Below the pieces are notes generated by a model, which was not told the DNA's origin, searched no databases, and worked only from the letters and a program-made list of their open reading frames with translations. The position numbers were made by a program, and so were the translations under genes. A DNA stretch of 46,366 bases, from the IMG/VR virus record IMGVR_UViG_2778261428_000001, one strand, 5' to 3'. Source of the DNA: a virus. Taxonomy: Duplodnaviria > Heunggongvirae > Uroviricota > Caudoviricetes. Below are positions 1 through 11,005 of the stretch, piece by piece (position 1 is the first letter of the stretch; every line of letters begins with the position of its first letter).

Positions 1-1284
1 TTAAAGACTTCTGGAAGGTTGCGCAGCTCTGACAACACGCGGTTGATCTTCCGCAGCGTCTTCCAGCGCACTTAAATCACGGTCTTTCACTTCTGGCATT
101 TTCAGCGCAGAGATTAAACCAATCACTGAATATGCCATGATCATAATGGCGATCGGATACCAGGATTCCGTCATGGTGCAGAAAATACCCGCCAGGATAG
201 GACCAAAACCGGAAGCGATAAGACCACCAATTTCTTTAGAAATAGCCATCCGGGTAAAGCGGTTTTTACAGCCGAACATTTCTGCCATGGTAATGTTTTC
301 CAGAGCAAATAATCCCAGCACCGCACAGTTATGAATCACAATCAGTGCAACCATAATGGTGCTCGGGGCATAGCTTTTATCTACGATGATAGAAAGCATT
401 GGCCACGCCAGCACAATCGCAGAGGTATTCATAATAATATACGGGATCCGGCGACCAATTTTATCGGATAACCAACCAAGGAACGGAATGGTCATAAAGC
501 CGAGAATCGAACTGATCATCAATGCATCTGTTGGAATTGCTTTGTTAAACAATAACGTCTGCACTAAATAGCCTGCAAGGAAAGTCTGAATTAAACCGGA
601 GTTACCCGCCTGACCAAAACGCAGCCCTGTTGCCAGCCAGAAGGATTTGCTCTGGAACATGCTACCAGCAGGTGCAGGTTTTGCTGTCGGTTGGTTGCTG
701 TCGTTAACCTTCTCAAAGACCGGGCTTTCTTTCAGATTCATACGCAACCAGATAGCAAAGACCATCACGACAACGCTCGCCAGGAACGGTATACGCCATC
801 CCCACGCCAGCAGTTCCTCTTTACTGAGAATGAAGAACATAAAGGCCCAGATTGCCGTTGCGCTCAAGGTTCCGCAGTTAGTCCCCATAGCCACAAATGA
901 GGAGATAATTCCGCGCTTACCTTTTGGTGCATATTCCGCCAGCATCGTGCCGGCACCGGAAATTTCCGCGCCTGCCCCCAGCCCCTGAATAATACGCAGC
1001 GTCACCAGCAAAATTGGCGCAAACACACCAATTTGTGCATAGGTCGGCAGCACACCAATTAAGGTGGTACAGATCCCCATCATAGTGATGGTAATAAAGA
1101 GCACTTTTTTACGCCCGATTCTGTCGCCCATTTTGCCGAAAATAAATGCTCCGACAATACGCGCCACATAACCTGCACCGTAGGTTCCCATTGCCAGAAT
1201 TAACGCCATTGCCGTTGATGATTCAGGAAAAAATATTTCATGAAACACTAACGCTGCGCCGAGCGAATATAACTGGAAATCCAT
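1..1284 (-). CDS. ydfJ: MFS-family inner-membrane transporter, chromosomal flank
   Basis: 427-aa ORF with many hydrophobic segments and an MFS-like loop motif (GDRIGRKK) after an early TM segment; recalled as the E. coli transporter gene bordering Qin; stop codon at window positions 1-3. Confidence 0.8.
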   Translation of the reverse strand: MDFQLYSLGAALVFHEIFFPESSTAMALILAMGTYGAGYVARIVGAFIFGKMGDRIGRKKVLFITITMMGICTTLIGVLPTYAQIGVFAPILLVTLRIIQGLGAGAEISGAGTMLAEYAPKGKRGIISSFVAMGTNCGTLSATAIWAFMFFILSKEELLAWGWRIPFLASVVVMVFAIWLRMNLKESPVFEKVNDSNQPTAKPAPAGSMFQSKSFWLATGLRFGQAGNSGLIQTFLAGYLVQTLLFNKAIPTDALMISSILGFMTIPFLGWLSDKIGRRIPYIIMNTSAIVLAWPMLSIIVDKSYAPSTIMVALIVIHNCAVLGLFALENITMAEMFGCKNRFTRMAISKEIGGLIASGFGPILAGIFCTMTESWYPIAIMIMAYSVIGLISALKMPEVKDRDLSALEDAAEDQPRVVRAAQPSRSL

Positions 1285-2036
1285 AATTCACAGGTGTTTT
1301 TTCCCATCCTGTGGTTTCCTTGGCGTTTTCTAGGTTTTTTCAGATAGTTGCATTTTTTAAAAAGCATCCTAAGTTTGATCTCAGTGTCTATCTGGGGCCT
1401 ATTTCTGTCCCATATATGCCCCAAAAAAACTCCCCAACAGATAAGTAGTTTTTTCATGGATTTACGCGTAAAATCAATAACGGCTGGAAATCATTCAATA
1501 CTCGCACTATCGAAAAATTTACCAGCCAACCGCAGCACGTTCTTGCATAAGGCGTGTCTGCGGTTTTTCAACTATTCAGATACATCACTCCCATCACATT
1601 CATTCCTCCGCATCAAAGGCATATAGGCTATATCACCTTGATATTTTTCTTCTTCAGATAAAAACTGTTATCTATGTATACTTTTAAACCCAATCCGTGT
1701 AGAGTCTCTGCATAAGATAGTTTGCAGTTGCCACTTCAGCTTGCGCCATAAACCGCCTGATTTTTGCCGCCATCTGTTAGCATTCCTGTATACCTGAAAC
1801 GACAATGTTTATCTACGAACTTTAAGAACACCCAGGATAAAAATTGTCAACTATATCATATATAACACATTACTAATTCGAGGCTATATGAACAGCATAC
1901 TGATAATCACTTCGCTCCTTATCATATTCAGCATTTTTAGTCATGCTCTAATAAAATTAGGGATTGGCATATCCAATAACCCAGACAAAACCGATGTATA
2001 AGTCAACATATCCTGAATCAGACATACAATATCGCA

Positions 2037-2303
2037 ATGAAAATCAATAATATTTTAAGGAATATATTCATGAAATCAAAAGACACCCTAAAGTGGTTCC
2101 CTGCGCAGCTTCCTGAAGTCAGAATTATCCTAGGGGATGCTGTCGTGGAAGTAGCAAAACAGGGAAGACCTATCAATACCAGAACATTGCTTGATTACAT
2201 TGAAGGAAACATAAAGAAAAAGTCATGGCTGGATAACAAAGAATTATTACAAACAGCGATATCAGTTCTTAAAGACAACAAAAATTTAAATGGTAAAATG
2301 TAA
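2037..2303 (+). CDS. ydfK: YdfK/YnaE-family small prophage protein
   Basis: 88-aa ORF next to the invertase as in K-12 Qin; recalled sequence similarity to YdfK; true start may be the internal Met near 2070. Confidence 0.6.
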   Translation: MKINNILRNIFMKSKDTLKWFPAQLPEVRIILGDAVVEVAKQGRPINTRTLLDYIEGNIKKKSWLDNKELLQTAISVLKDNKNLNGKM

Positions 2304-2621
2304 TATAATAAACTTACTTTTTTATCATTTTTCCACTTTAACAACATTTTGCTCCACTTTTCCACGACCAAACAACTTGAAATCTGGTTAAAATAACACG
2401 CAACACTATTCTTCTTCCTTGAGTCCGCCCGGAACTCGAAAAACAAACCGAGTTAAGGCCATTTTTCACAAAATCGATTTTGGGTCTCACCAAAATTACG
2501 GGGTTGCATACGCATTCGTTTATTTTCGAACGTGTACATACAAATATGCACAAAAATAATCAAAATTATTTTCTGAGATGCATTATGATATGTACACCAA
2601 TTTCGTATAGAAGATCTCACT

Positions 2622-3212
2622 ATGTCTCGAATTTATGCTTACTGTCGGGTATCAACTCTGGAACAGACAACCAAAAATCAACGTCGGGAAATCGAAAGTG
2701 CAGGTTTTAACATCAAATCTCAGCAAATAATTGAAGAACAAATTAGCGGCTCAGCAGCAACCAGTGAGCGTCCTGGTTTTAACCAGTTGCTTGATCGACT
2801 GAAAAGAGGTGATGAATTGATTGTCACAAAACTGGATCGCCTCGGTTGTAATCCAATGGATATCAGTAAAACGGTGGAACAACTGACCAAAGCAGGTATC
2901 AAAGTGCATTGCTTAGCATTGGGGGGCGTTGACCTGACCAGTCCACCAGGAAAAATGATGATGCAAGTAATTTCAGCAGTCGCTGAATTTGAGCGAGACC
3001 TTTTACTTGAGCGTACTCATTCAGGGATATTAAGAGCACGGGGCGCAGGAAAGCGATTTGGTCGCCCACCTGTGTTAAATGATGAACAAATACAGAGGGT
3101 ACTAGAGCAAATTAAGTCAGGTATAAATATAAGTGACATTGCCCAAGAATTCAAAACCTCGCGGCAAACCATTTTAAGAGCTAAAGCAAAAAATCAGACA
3201 CCTGATATATAA
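2622..3212 (+). CDS. pinQ: Serine recombinase, DNA invertase (Pin/Gin/Cin/Hin family)
   Basis: 196 aa; N-terminal catalytic motif YxRVSTxxQ ([15 protein letters not shown]) with catalytic Ser, resolvase core, C-terminal HTH; convergent with the tail-fibre genes. Confidence 0.9.
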   Translation: MSRIYAYCRVSTLEQTTKNQRREIESAGFNIKSQQIIEEQISGSAATSERPGFNQLLDRLKRGDELIVTKLDRLGCNPMDISKTVEQLTKAGIKVHCLALGGVDLTSPPGKMMMQVISAVAEFERDLLLERTHSGILRARGAGKRFGRPPVLNDEQIQRVLEQIKSGINISDIAQEFKTSRQTILRAKAKNQTPDI

Positions 3213-3214
3213 AA

Positions 3215-3245
3215 ATAATCTCGGTGTGAGATTTCTTACGTTTTC
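3215..3245 (+). terminator. Possible stem-loop terminator after pin
   Basis: Inverted repeat aatctc-ggtgt-gagatt directly after the pin stop, followed by a T-containing tract; weak T-run. Confidence 0.3.
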
Positions 3246-3439
3246 CAAGCCCTCCTTCCTAGCCTTAAATGGAAAGATACTTCTAATTATAGAATTTATA
3301 TATCTTACCCTACGGTAGTGCTGGCCATTCAATATCCGGTACTACTGATGTATCAACACGGTTCAGCAACACCCGATACTTTTTCCTGGCTTCCAGCAAC
3401 GGGGTTTCTTCCTCCGTTGCATATACAGCTCACCTTTTT

Positions 3440-3748
3440 TCACCCACGATTAACCAACAGCCAGACCAGCAGACACGCCACCACCGGCACAGCAAAATCC
3501 ATCAGGCTTGCCACATCCCACGCGCGCGGATCAAAACCGCCCCACCACGGCATATTCATTCGCTTGCCATGCCCGAACATTTCAATCCAGCGATATTCTG
3601 CCTGGGTGTGTTCACGCGCAATGAAGAACGTACAACCGGCTATCGCCCCGTAAGCCCAGTTCCCGGTAAAAAGACCAATCAGTAGCTGCGCAGCCACAGC
3701 ACAAAGCGCATGAAGGAAAGGTGTTATATCCATTTTCATCCTACCCAA
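3440..3748 (-). CDS. Hypothetical small membrane protein (moron between tail fibre and invertase)
   Basis: 102-aa ORF with two strongly hydrophobic segments (AVAAQLLIGLF..., FAVPVVACLLVWLLV) and Trp/Gly-rich loop; no family recognised. Confidence 0.4.
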   Translation of the reverse strand: MGRMKMDITPFLHALCAVAAQLLIGLFTGNWAYGAIAGCTFFIAREHTQAEYRWIEMFGHGKRMNMPWWGGFDPRAWDVASLMDFAVPVVACLLVWLLVNRG

Positions 3749-3775
3749 TAAAACGGGGCGCTCGGCCCCTTAATA

Positions 3776-4816
3776 TTATTTAGACACAAGCGCCGCCTCA
3801 ATTGCAGATAATCTTTGTCTTAATTCTGCGTTTTCTTCTTCCAGTGCTGTTATTCTGTCGTCTGACTCTCTGGCTACCTGAACAAGCAAGCCAGTAACAC
3901 CAGAATAATCTACTGTGTAATAACGTTCACCTTCTTCACCTTCCGATCCGCTTGCACCGTCCTGATATTTCATTGCGGAACCTACAACTTCTGGGATTGC
4001 TTCCAGAGCTTCCTGTGCAATGACACCAGCATAGGGCATACCGTTTTCTTTAAGCGTGTATGTATAGCCGTTCATTTTACGGATGCGATCGGTTGCATTA
4101 TCGATCACCTGAATGTTGTCTTTCAGATCCCGGTCGGAATGCTGGTTAAATGCGGTGGCATGACATGCACCATTAACGCTTAACATATAGGTGTTATCGG
4201 TATTTTTCTGCGCATAGAACATATAAGCGCCACCATCAACACCGACTTCATAAACAACAGGACGGCTGGAGTTGCCCCACAATTGAGCAGTAACACCAGC
4301 ATAAGCGGTTCCCTGTGTGTTTAATGTCATGGTTGACCCATGATTGGCATATTTGATCTGTAATGTGTCGGTGTAATCAAATTTAATAAGCGCGTTACTT
4401 CCACGCTTGCTGTATGACATAAGGCAGTTACCCATTTTGAGGTATCCGCTGTCACCGGGAAAAATCATCGTACCGCCATAAAGGTTGGTAAAGTCCCAGC
4501 AAATGTTTGTCCCGTTATCGTTCAGGTTAAGGCGCGCCATTGCGTTACCTGGACTGTCTATCCATTTTTTGAGGTATAGTTCGCAATACGCATCCTCAAC
4601 ACCTGCCGTCCTGTGAGTTGAGCGGAGTTTTCTCCCAAATATAGCTCCGCTAGTTGGCAATACCTGCTGATACCATGAAGCAGACCAGTCACCAACGATT
4701 TCATCTTTGCTGTCTACATATAATTTTGTTGCGTAGCTTCCTTGATCGTTTTTTAATTTGCTAACGTCGGATTTTAGCGTTTTGATGTCATCAGGAATTA
4801 CTGTCGATGTAGCCAT
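3776..4816 (-). CDS. Tail fibre / tail spike protein with C-terminal intramolecular chaperone (peptidase S74-like) domain
   Basis: 346 aa; C-terminus carries the autoproteolytic chaperone signature (NQHSDRDLKDNI ... NGYTYTLKENG ... YAGVIAQEALEAIPEVV) and a terminal coiled coil (ALEEENAELRQRLSAIEAAL), as in endosialidase and T5 pb1-type fibre chaperone domains. Confidence 0.7.
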   Translation of the reverse strand: MATSTVIPDDIKTLKSDVSKLKNDQGSYATKLYVDSKDEIVGDWSASWYQQVLPTSGAIFGRKLRSTHRTAGVEDAYCELYLKKWIDSPGNAMARLNLNDNGTNICWDFTNLYGGTMIFPGDSGYLKMGNCLMSYSKRGSNALIKFDYTDTLQIKYANHGSTMTLNTQGTAYAGVTAQLWGNSSRPVVYEVGVDGGAYMFYAQKNTDNTYMLSVNGACHATAFNQHSDRDLKDNIQVIDNATDRIRKMNGYTYTLKENGMPYAGVIAQEALEAIPEVVGSAMKYQDGASGSEGEEGERYYTVDYSGVTGLLVQVARESDDRITALEEENAELRQRLSAIEAALVSK

Positions 4817-4825
4817 TTTTCTTCC

Positions 4826-5107
4826 TCACATCCAGCCACGAAGTTGATGCTCAACAGCAACCACGTATTCATCGAATAATGACGATATTTGCGGATCATT
4901 AATGATGCGCACGTTTACAAAATATCCGTCTTCCTTAACACATACCGGTTCGCCATCTTCATTCAGTTCTCCGGTTTCTTTGTACACGTTACCTATCACG
5001 TCAATGAGAATATCATCCTGCATCGACTCGTCATCATAATAGCCAATGCTATCCATAAAGGCCGAAAAGTCGGCCCTGTCAGAAAATTTTAGTGTTAAAT
5101 CTTTCAT
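4826..5107 (-). CDS. Hypothetical acidic protein between the two fibre genes
   Basis: 93-aa ORF, start overlapping the stf stop (ATGA-type coupling at 5104-5107); no recognisable Tfa chaperone motifs. Confidence 0.4.
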   Translation of the reverse strand: MKDLTLKFSDRADFSAFMDSIGYYDDESMQDDILIDVIGNVYKETGELNEDGEPVCVKEDGYFVNVRIINDPQISSLFDEYVVAVEHQLRGWM

Positions 5108-7497
5108 TTAATACTCTCCCCCATTTGTGCATCAGTTAACGCTTTATGCCAAATCCTGAAATTTCGGATGTGTCCGAATATATGACGCTCACCCGTACTG
5201 GTTTGCCCACCAAATCTTATCGTTGCAGTTGGTGCTACATGAATATAATCTGTCCTTGCAGACGATGAAAAAACAGAATTACAAAACGCTTGAGTATCTC
5301 CATTTTCTTTACACCTAAAGCCAGAGATAAACTTTCGATTTGTTGTTTTTACATACTTATTAATTCTTGTAGCGCCATCACCCATATCAACATAGGGCGA
5401 TCCAGTATCAACCGCAGTCCCACCACGTAGACCATAAATTATGGCCTGCCCCGCTTTTTGACCCGTAAAATCCATTATTCTAGGTGCGGCATTTGGCGGA
5501 GAATCCCATTCCCAATTAAGATTAGTTTCGCACATTACAGTAAGCGGTAAATTGTAGATATTGTTTTTGATCGGGATTGTAACTAAATCACTCGCTCTTG
5601 TCGTTGTCGCAGATCCAGAAATAATAAAAGAAGAAGCACTGCTACCAACTTCAAATTGCGGTGTCGTTATCATCCACTGATCACCAATCTGTATATCTCG
5701 TTTATGTGCACCAACTTCAATTCGACCATAAAATGTTTTGTCTTCTGCGGTTTTATAAGTCAAAGATACAAACAACCATCCATTGGATTCAATTTTAGTA
5801 TATACTTTCGTCGAGCTTCCGCCTGCAGGAGTTCCTAAAACTTCGCCCGTTTCCGCATTTATATAGGCATTCGAAGAAAGAGTATTACTAGAGCCATCAT
5901 CATTTACATAAGCAATCCTCGGATATACTGTCAGAACCCCATCACCAGCAACTTTTTTAACTCGGAAGGATATTGTAAGAGATTCCCCTGCCTTTGCTGG
6001 CATTGATCTTGGATATCCAGTTGAAATAAATGTAGCGCGTCCGGTAGTGCTTGTTTCGGCTACAACATTAATAAGACCATAGGTAAAACCAAATTCATCT
6101 TTGCCATTGGTTATATTCAATTGTGCGGCTTTATTCCATAACGACGGATTATTAGAATCTGCAAATGAATTGCTTCGTTGGCCTTCAATCAGTAAACCAT
6201 CTTTTTCAAATCGTGGTTCGTCGATTGCTACAATTTTCAGTTCCCCGGATTTATTGACATATGTAGCCGTTGATGCACGTTTAAACTTAACAATCTTGTC
6301 GCCAGGCATCGTTATTTCATCGTCACCAATAACAATTTTTTTATATGATGGCGAAAAGCCCGTAATCATATCCAGTGAATCATTAAACGGTATCCACACA
6401 TCGGGCAACGGCTGCAAAACTTGTTTATACGGCTCCGCTGCCTGGCTTGCATACTCTCTGGCTGCGTCTTCACTTGCTTTAGCTGCTGTCTGGCTTGCTG
6501 CCGATGCTTGCGCCGAGTTCGCCGCCGCAGTCTCGCTCGCCTTTGCGTTGGTTTCACTGGTTTTTGCAGCTTTTTGACTGTTGGCTGATGCAGTGGCAGA
6601 AGAAGCCGCCGCACTTGCAGAACCAGCTGCGGCACTCTCGCTTTGGGCCGCTGCATCCTGACTGTTTTTCGCCGCAGTTTCGCTGGCTTTGGCATTCGTT
6701 TCGCTGGTCTTCGCTGCCGTCTGGCTGGACTTTGCGTTAGTTTCGCTCGTCTTCGCGGCTTTCTGGCTGTTAGCCGCAGCAGTTGCTGATCCAGCTGCTG
6801 AAGTCGCAGAACCAGCTGCAGCACTCTCGCTTTCGGCTGCTGCATCCTGACTGCTTTTCGCCGCAGTTTCACTGGCTTTGGCATTCGTTTCGCTTGTTTT
6901 CGCTGCCGTCTGGCTGGACTTTGCGTTGGTTTCGCTCGTCTTTGCGGCTGTCTCACTGTTTTTCGCATTGGTTTCTGATTTTTTGGCTGCTGTCGCGGAG
7001 TTTGCCGATGCAGTCTGCGAGGACGCTGCCGCCTGTGCGCTGTTAGCTGCATTCGTTTCTGAGGTTTTCGCCGCGTTCTTCGATGATGCCGCTGCAGTTT
7101 CGGATTTCTTTGCCGCTGCTGCGCTCTGAGAGGCGGCTTCAGCGTTGCGTGCCGCTTCTTCCACCATTGCCTCAAAACGACGCAATGCCTCCGGCATGAC
7201 ATCCTCTTCCGTCATGGCACCGAGAAAATCATTCAGCGTACCTGGTCTGGAACCTTCATAGACGGTAATGGTCCCGGCATGTGAAGGCGGAAAACCTTCA
7301 ACCAGCAGGGTGACGCTGTACTGACCATACTCAACATCCATGCTGTAACGCCCGGCTTCATCCGGATTTTCAGAGGCCACCGTGTTCACCAGTACCGTGG
7401 TGCTGTTACGCTTTGCCTTCAGTTGAATAGTGCAGTTCTGTATTGGTTTTCCCGCACCATCTTTCAGCACACCTGAAATCTGTACTGCCATATTCAC
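5104..7497 (-). CDS. Side tail fibre protein (Stf-like) with Ala/Ser/Thr-rich repeat stalk and LamG/concanavalin-like C-terminal domain
   Basis: 797 aa; conserved Stf-like N-terminus (MAVQISGVLKDGAGKPI...), long low-complexity repeat region, C-terminal motif typical of LamG-type jellyroll ends (FGHIRNFRIWHKALTDAQM). Confidence 0.8.
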   Translation of the reverse strand: MNMAVQISGVLKDGAGKPIQNCTIQLKAKRNSTTVLVNTVASENPDEAGRYSMDVEYGQYSVTLLVEGFPPSHAGTITVYEGSRPGTLNDFLGAMTEEDVMPEALRRFEAMVEEAARNAEAASQSAAAAKKSETAAASSKNAAKTSETNAANSAQAAASSQTASANSATAAKKSETNAKNSETAAKTSETNAKSSQTAAKTSETNAKASETAAKSSQDAAAESESAAAGSATSAAGSATAAANSQKAAKTSETNAKSSQTAAKTSETNAKASETAAKNSQDAAAQSESAAAGSASAAASSATASANSQKAAKTSETNAKASETAAANSAQASAASQTAAKASEDAAREYASQAAEPYKQVLQPLPDVWIPFNDSLDMITGFSPSYKKIVIGDDEITMPGDKIVKFKRASTATYVNKSGELKIVAIDEPRFEKDGLLIEGQRSNSFADSNNPSLWNKAAQLNITNGKDEFGFTYGLINVVAETSTTGRATFISTGYPRSMPAKAGESLTISFRVKKVAGDGVLTVYPRIAYVNDDGSSNTLSSNAYINAETGEVLGTPAGGSSTKVYTKIESNGWLFVSLTYKTAEDKTFYGRIEVGAHKRDIQIGDQWMITTPQFEVGSSASSFIISGSATTTRASDLVTIPIKNNIYNLPLTVMCETNLNWEWDSPPNAAPRIMDFTGQKAGQAIIYGLRGGTAVDTGSPYVDMGDGATRINKYVKTTNRKFISGFRCKENGDTQAFCNSVFSSSARTDYIHVAPTATIRFGGQTSTGERHIFGHIRNFRIWHKALTDAQMGESIK
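6540..6980. repeat. Imperfect tandem duplication (about 186 bp unit, 62 aa) inside stf
   Basis: DNA around 6652-6760 is nearly identical to 6838-6947; the protein shows a repeated block AAKTSETNAKSSQTAAKTSETNAKASETAAK(S/N)SQDAAA(E/Q)SESAAAGS... Confidence 0.8.
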
Positions 7498-7503
7498 TCC
7501 ACA

Positions 7504-7530
7504 AATAAAAAAGGCGCCATTTCTGGCGCC
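7504..7530 (-). terminator. Rho-independent terminator between J and stf
   Basis: Minus-strand transcript reads GGCGCCAGAAATGGCGCC followed by TTTTTTATTT. Confidence 0.6.
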
Positions 7531-7549
7531 CGTATCTGGGTTATAAAAT

Positions 7550-10500
7550 TCAGCTAATCGTGATGCCTGCAGTGGCTTTCTTCATCACCACAACCAGCAA
7601 ATCGCTGATACTTGCTGTGGGATACCAGCCATTTACCAGCCATGCCGATACAGAAAATTCCAGTGTCATTACACCACTGCCTGCAGGCATATCAATAACA
7701 CCCGTATATATCAGCGTATTATCCAGAGCCGTTCGGTTATAAATTTCAGCACCGTTTTTTCGTACTATCAGACGGCATGAGGAGTAGATATCAGTATGAT
7801 CTTGCTCATGTTTAGCGCCACTGAATGCTACCGCCGGAATAACAATTTGCCGGTCAAACGGCTGATCGTCATAAACCCTGACGGTAATGGTTCCTGATGG
7901 CCACCGCTCCGGTGCACGGGAGTCCCGGGGGAAAGCTTTGCCCACTGTTTCAACGAGATCGCCTTCAATCTGGTTCGCGGACAGTTTTCCCATAACCCGA
8001 CAGTTCTCGTTAATCGTGACGTTGTTGAGCGTCCCGGAGTTCGCATTCACGTTACCGCTGATATCGGCATTTTTCGCCGTCAGCCGCCCGTCCGGTGTCA
8101 GGGAAAATGCCGGAGGATTACCGCCGCTGGTAATGGTGGGAGCCGTCAGATACTTCAGGAACACTTCGTTCATGAATATCTGGTTGCCCTGCGCCACAAA
8201 CATCGGCGTTTCATTCCCGTTTGCCGGGTCAATAAACGCGATACGGTTAGCGGCAACCAGGAACTGGCTCAGTTTGCCTTCCTCCGTATCCTCCATGCTG
8301 AGGCCAAGCCCCGCGACATAATGTTTGCCGTCTTTGGTCTGCTCAATTTTGACGCCCCACATGGCATTCCATTTATCGTTGGCGTCCTTCCACTCTTTCG
8401 AAAACTCCTCCAGTCTGCTGGCGTTATCCTCCGTCAGCTCGACTTTTTCCAGCAGCTCCTTGCCGAGATGGGATTCGGTTATCTTGCCTTTGAAAAAATC
8501 CAGGTAACCTTCCGCATCATCGCTCGCCCGACCGACGGCCTCCACGAATGCCGATTTGCCAACGGTGTTCACACTGCGGATATAAAAGTAATAATCATGG
8601 CCCGGTTTGATATTGATACTGGCGGCTATCCAGTACAGCGCCGTACCAAGATAGCGGGCTGTGGTTTCAACCTGCCTGATATCGGTAATCCGCTTTTCCG
8701 AGAACCAGAACTCAAACTGTACCGTCGGATCATAAATCGCAAGATGCGGCGTGGCGGTTATCTGAAAATAGCCCGGTGTCAGCTCAATCCTCGACGGTGC
8801 TGCCGGTGCGGCAATCCGGAACGATACCGACGCCGGATCGCCCTGCAGTCCCCACGCATTTACCGCCCGGACTGTCAGCGTGTACCGCCCCAGCGCCAGT
8901 TGCGTGAAGCGGTATGTGGTTTCCGTCGTCCGGGCCGTGCTGACCAGCCGCTCACTGCCGTCATCCGCTGCCACGGTCAGGCGAAGCATAAAGCTCACCC
9001 CCTTCACCACCTTCGGCGTATCCCAGCGCGCCAGCACCTGATATTCCCCGCTGTCTGCGGTGACTTCGGCAGTCAGGTGCTGCACCGCTGGCGGCGTGAC
9101 ACCATTCACCGTGCCGCTCTGGTCGCCGTCAAAGTGCGCCCCGTTATCCACGATGGCCTCTTTTTCCGGCACATGCTGCACGGCGGTGATGGCATACGTG
9201 CCGTCGTCGTTCTCACGGATACTCACGCAGCGGAACAGTCGCTGGCGCAGCGTCGGCAGCTTCAGCCCCCATACGCTGTATTCAGCAACGCCGTCAGGAA
9301 CACGGCTCACTTTTACCTTCACGCCGTCGGTGACGGACTGGACCTCCACGCTGACCGGATTGCCACTTCCGTCAACCAGGCTTATCAGCGTGGTACCGGA
9401 GGATGGCAGCGTGATTTCACGGTCGAGCGTCAGCGTCCGGGTCTGGCTGTTCACCGCCAGCACGCGCCCGCCGGTGCTGATCCCCGCATAGTCATCATCG
9501 CAGATTTCAATGACATCCCCCGGTACATGGCGAAGCCCTTCCGCACCCACGCTGAAGTCCACGGTCTGCGTTTCCAGCAGCTCCGTTTTAATCAGCCACA
9601 GCCCGGCGCGGTGTGCCTGCCCCCGGCTGGTACAGCCAAAGGCATCCATCTTCGTGACGTTACGACAGTAACGGGCAATGGCCTGCGTGTCCTCCACAAG
9701 CTCTGTCGCCGTCTCCCAGCCGTTATCCGGGTCAATCCAGTTCACCTCAACGGCATTATGGCGGTCTTTCAGGGCGCTGAAGCTGTAGCGGAACGGCGCG
9801 CCATCATCCGGCATCACCACATTACTGCGGTTATAGGTCCACACCTTATCCGACGGTCGGTCCTGCACGAACGTCAGCGTCTGCCCGTTCCATACCGGCA
9901 TACAGCGCATCGCCGAGCAGAAATCACTGAGAACATCCCACGCCTTACGCTGTGTGGTCAGGTAGGCATTACAGGAAATGCGCGGCTCCGTGCCACCAAA
10001 ACCGTCCGGCACCGACTGGTCGCAATTCTGGCCGATGACATACAGCGCCCATTTGTCCACATCCGCCGCACCAAGACGTTTACCCATGCCGTAGCGCGGG
10101 TGGGTCAGCATATCCCACAGACACCAGGCCATGTTGTTGCTGTATGCTGGCTTAAACGTTCCGTCCCAGATACCGCTGTATTGCCGCGTCTGCGGGTTAT
10201 AGTTCGACGGCACCTGCAGAATGCGCCCGCGAAGATGATAATTACGGCTCACCTGCTGGCTGCCGAACTGTTCCGAGTCCACCTGCACGCCGACCAGTGC
10301 CGTGTTCGGGTAGCACTGTTTCACATCGATGATTTCGGTGTATGACGACCAGAGCGTTTTGTTCTGCAGCTGGTCTGTGGTGCTGTCTGGTGTCATCCTG
10401 CGCATCCGGATATTAAACGGGCGCGGCGGCAGGTTATCCACCACCACCGAGGCCAGATACTGCGAGGTGGTTTTGCCCTTAATGGTGATGTCTTTTTCCG

Positions 10501-10945
10501 TCACCCAGCCACCGTTACGCTGTATCTGAACCAGCAGGCGGACTTCCGATGGATTCCTGTCCCCCTTTGAGGTGGTTTCCACCAGTGCCTGCACACCGAA
10601 GGTCAGGCGCAGACGGTCGATGTTTGCCGACGTGATGGTGCGGGTGATCGGCGTGTCATATTTCACTTCCGTACCCAGCACCGTCTCGGAACCGGAGGAT
10701 TCAAATCCCTCCGGCGGTGTCTGCTCCTGCTCACCTGCCCGGAACACCACCGTGACACCGGAGATGTTGGTATTCCCCTCACTGTCCAGCACCGGTGTAC
10801 TGTTCAGCAGCACGCTTTTTAATCCATCCACCGGACCTTCAATCGGCCCTTCGCTGATGGCATCGATCACACTCAGTAACTGCGTGGATTTCAGGTTGTC
10901 CTTCGCTTCGCGCGGGGTATGCCCCTTACTGCTTCCTTTGCCCAT
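7550..10945 (-). CDS. Host specificity protein J (central tail fibre / tip attachment protein)
   Basis: 1131 aa; size, position after I, and recalled lambda gpJ-like sequence blocks with fibronectin-III-like repeats. Confidence 0.9.
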   Translation of the reverse strand: MGKGSSKGHTPREAKDNLKSTQLLSVIDAISEGPIEGPVDGLKSVLLNSTPVLDSEGNTNISGVTVVFRAGEQEQTPPEGFESSGSETVLGTEVKYDTPITRTITSANIDRLRLTFGVQALVETTSKGDRNPSEVRLLVQIQRNGGWVTEKDITIKGKTTSQYLASVVVDNLPPRPFNIRMRRMTPDSTTDQLQNKTLWSSYTEIIDVKQCYPNTALVGVQVDSEQFGSQQVSRNYHLRGRILQVPSNYNPQTRQYSGIWDGTFKPAYSNNMAWCLWDMLTHPRYGMGKRLGAADVDKWALYVIGQNCDQSVPDGFGGTEPRISCNAYLTTQRKAWDVLSDFCSAMRCMPVWNGQTLTFVQDRPSDKVWTYNRSNVVMPDDGAPFRYSFSALKDRHNAVEVNWIDPDNGWETATELVEDTQAIARYCRNVTKMDAFGCTSRGQAHRAGLWLIKTELLETQTVDFSVGAEGLRHVPGDVIEICDDDYAGISTGGRVLAVNSQTRTLTLDREITLPSSGTTLISLVDGSGNPVSVEVQSVTDGVKVKVSRVPDGVAEYSVWGLKLPTLRQRLFRCVSIRENDDGTYAITAVQHVPEKEAIVDNGAHFDGDQSGTVNGVTPPAVQHLTAEVTADSGEYQVLARWDTPKVVKGVSFMLRLTVAADDGSERLVSTARTTETTYRFTQLALGRYTLTVRAVNAWGLQGDPASVSFRIAAPAAPSRIELTPGYFQITATPHLAIYDPTVQFEFWFSEKRITDIRQVETTARYLGTALYWIAASINIKPGHDYYFYIRSVNTVGKSAFVEAVGRASDDAEGYLDFFKGKITESHLGKELLEKVELTEDNASRLEEFSKEWKDANDKWNAMWGVKIEQTKDGKHYVAGLGLSMEDTEEGKLSQFLVAANRIAFIDPANGNETPMFVAQGNQIFMNEVFLKYLTAPTITSGGNPPAFSLTPDGRLTAKNADISGNVNANSGTLNNVTINENCRVMGKLSANQIEGDLVETVGKAFPRDSRAPERWPSGTITVRVYDDQPFDRQIVIPAVAFSGAKHEQDHTDIYSSCRLIVRKNGAEIYNRTALDNTLIYTGVIDMPAGSGVMTLEFSVSAWLVNGWYPTASISDLLVVVMKKATAGITIS

Positions 10946-11005
10946 TCGTCATGCTCCATAAACGACAAAACCGCCCGGAGGCGGTTTCACATGAAATATT
11001 TTGCA

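Noticed and set aside
2430-2470. Partial gix/hix-like half-site (AAACCGAG) upstream of pin
   Set aside because: Only one half-site-like match and no inverted partner found bracketing any fibre gene; insufficient to call a recombination site.
6101-7202. Several ORFs (278-aa Arg/Gln-rich minus-strand frame and plus-strand frames) overlapping the stf repeat region
   Set aside because: They arise from the low-complexity Ala/Ser/Thr-coding tandem repeat; alternate frames of GCN-rich repeats stay open by chance.
8321-10345. 674-aa ORF on the plus strand, antisense to J
   Set aside because: Arg/His/Pro-rich composition with no domain logic; wholly contained in the well-supported J gene on the opposite strand; typical antisense artefact of GC-rich coding DNA.
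10946-10995. Stem-loop (aaaccgcctccgggcggttt) between I and J
   Set aside because: No flanking T-run on the late strand, so it is unlikely to be a terminator; may be an mRNA-stability hairpin. Not annotated as a feature.
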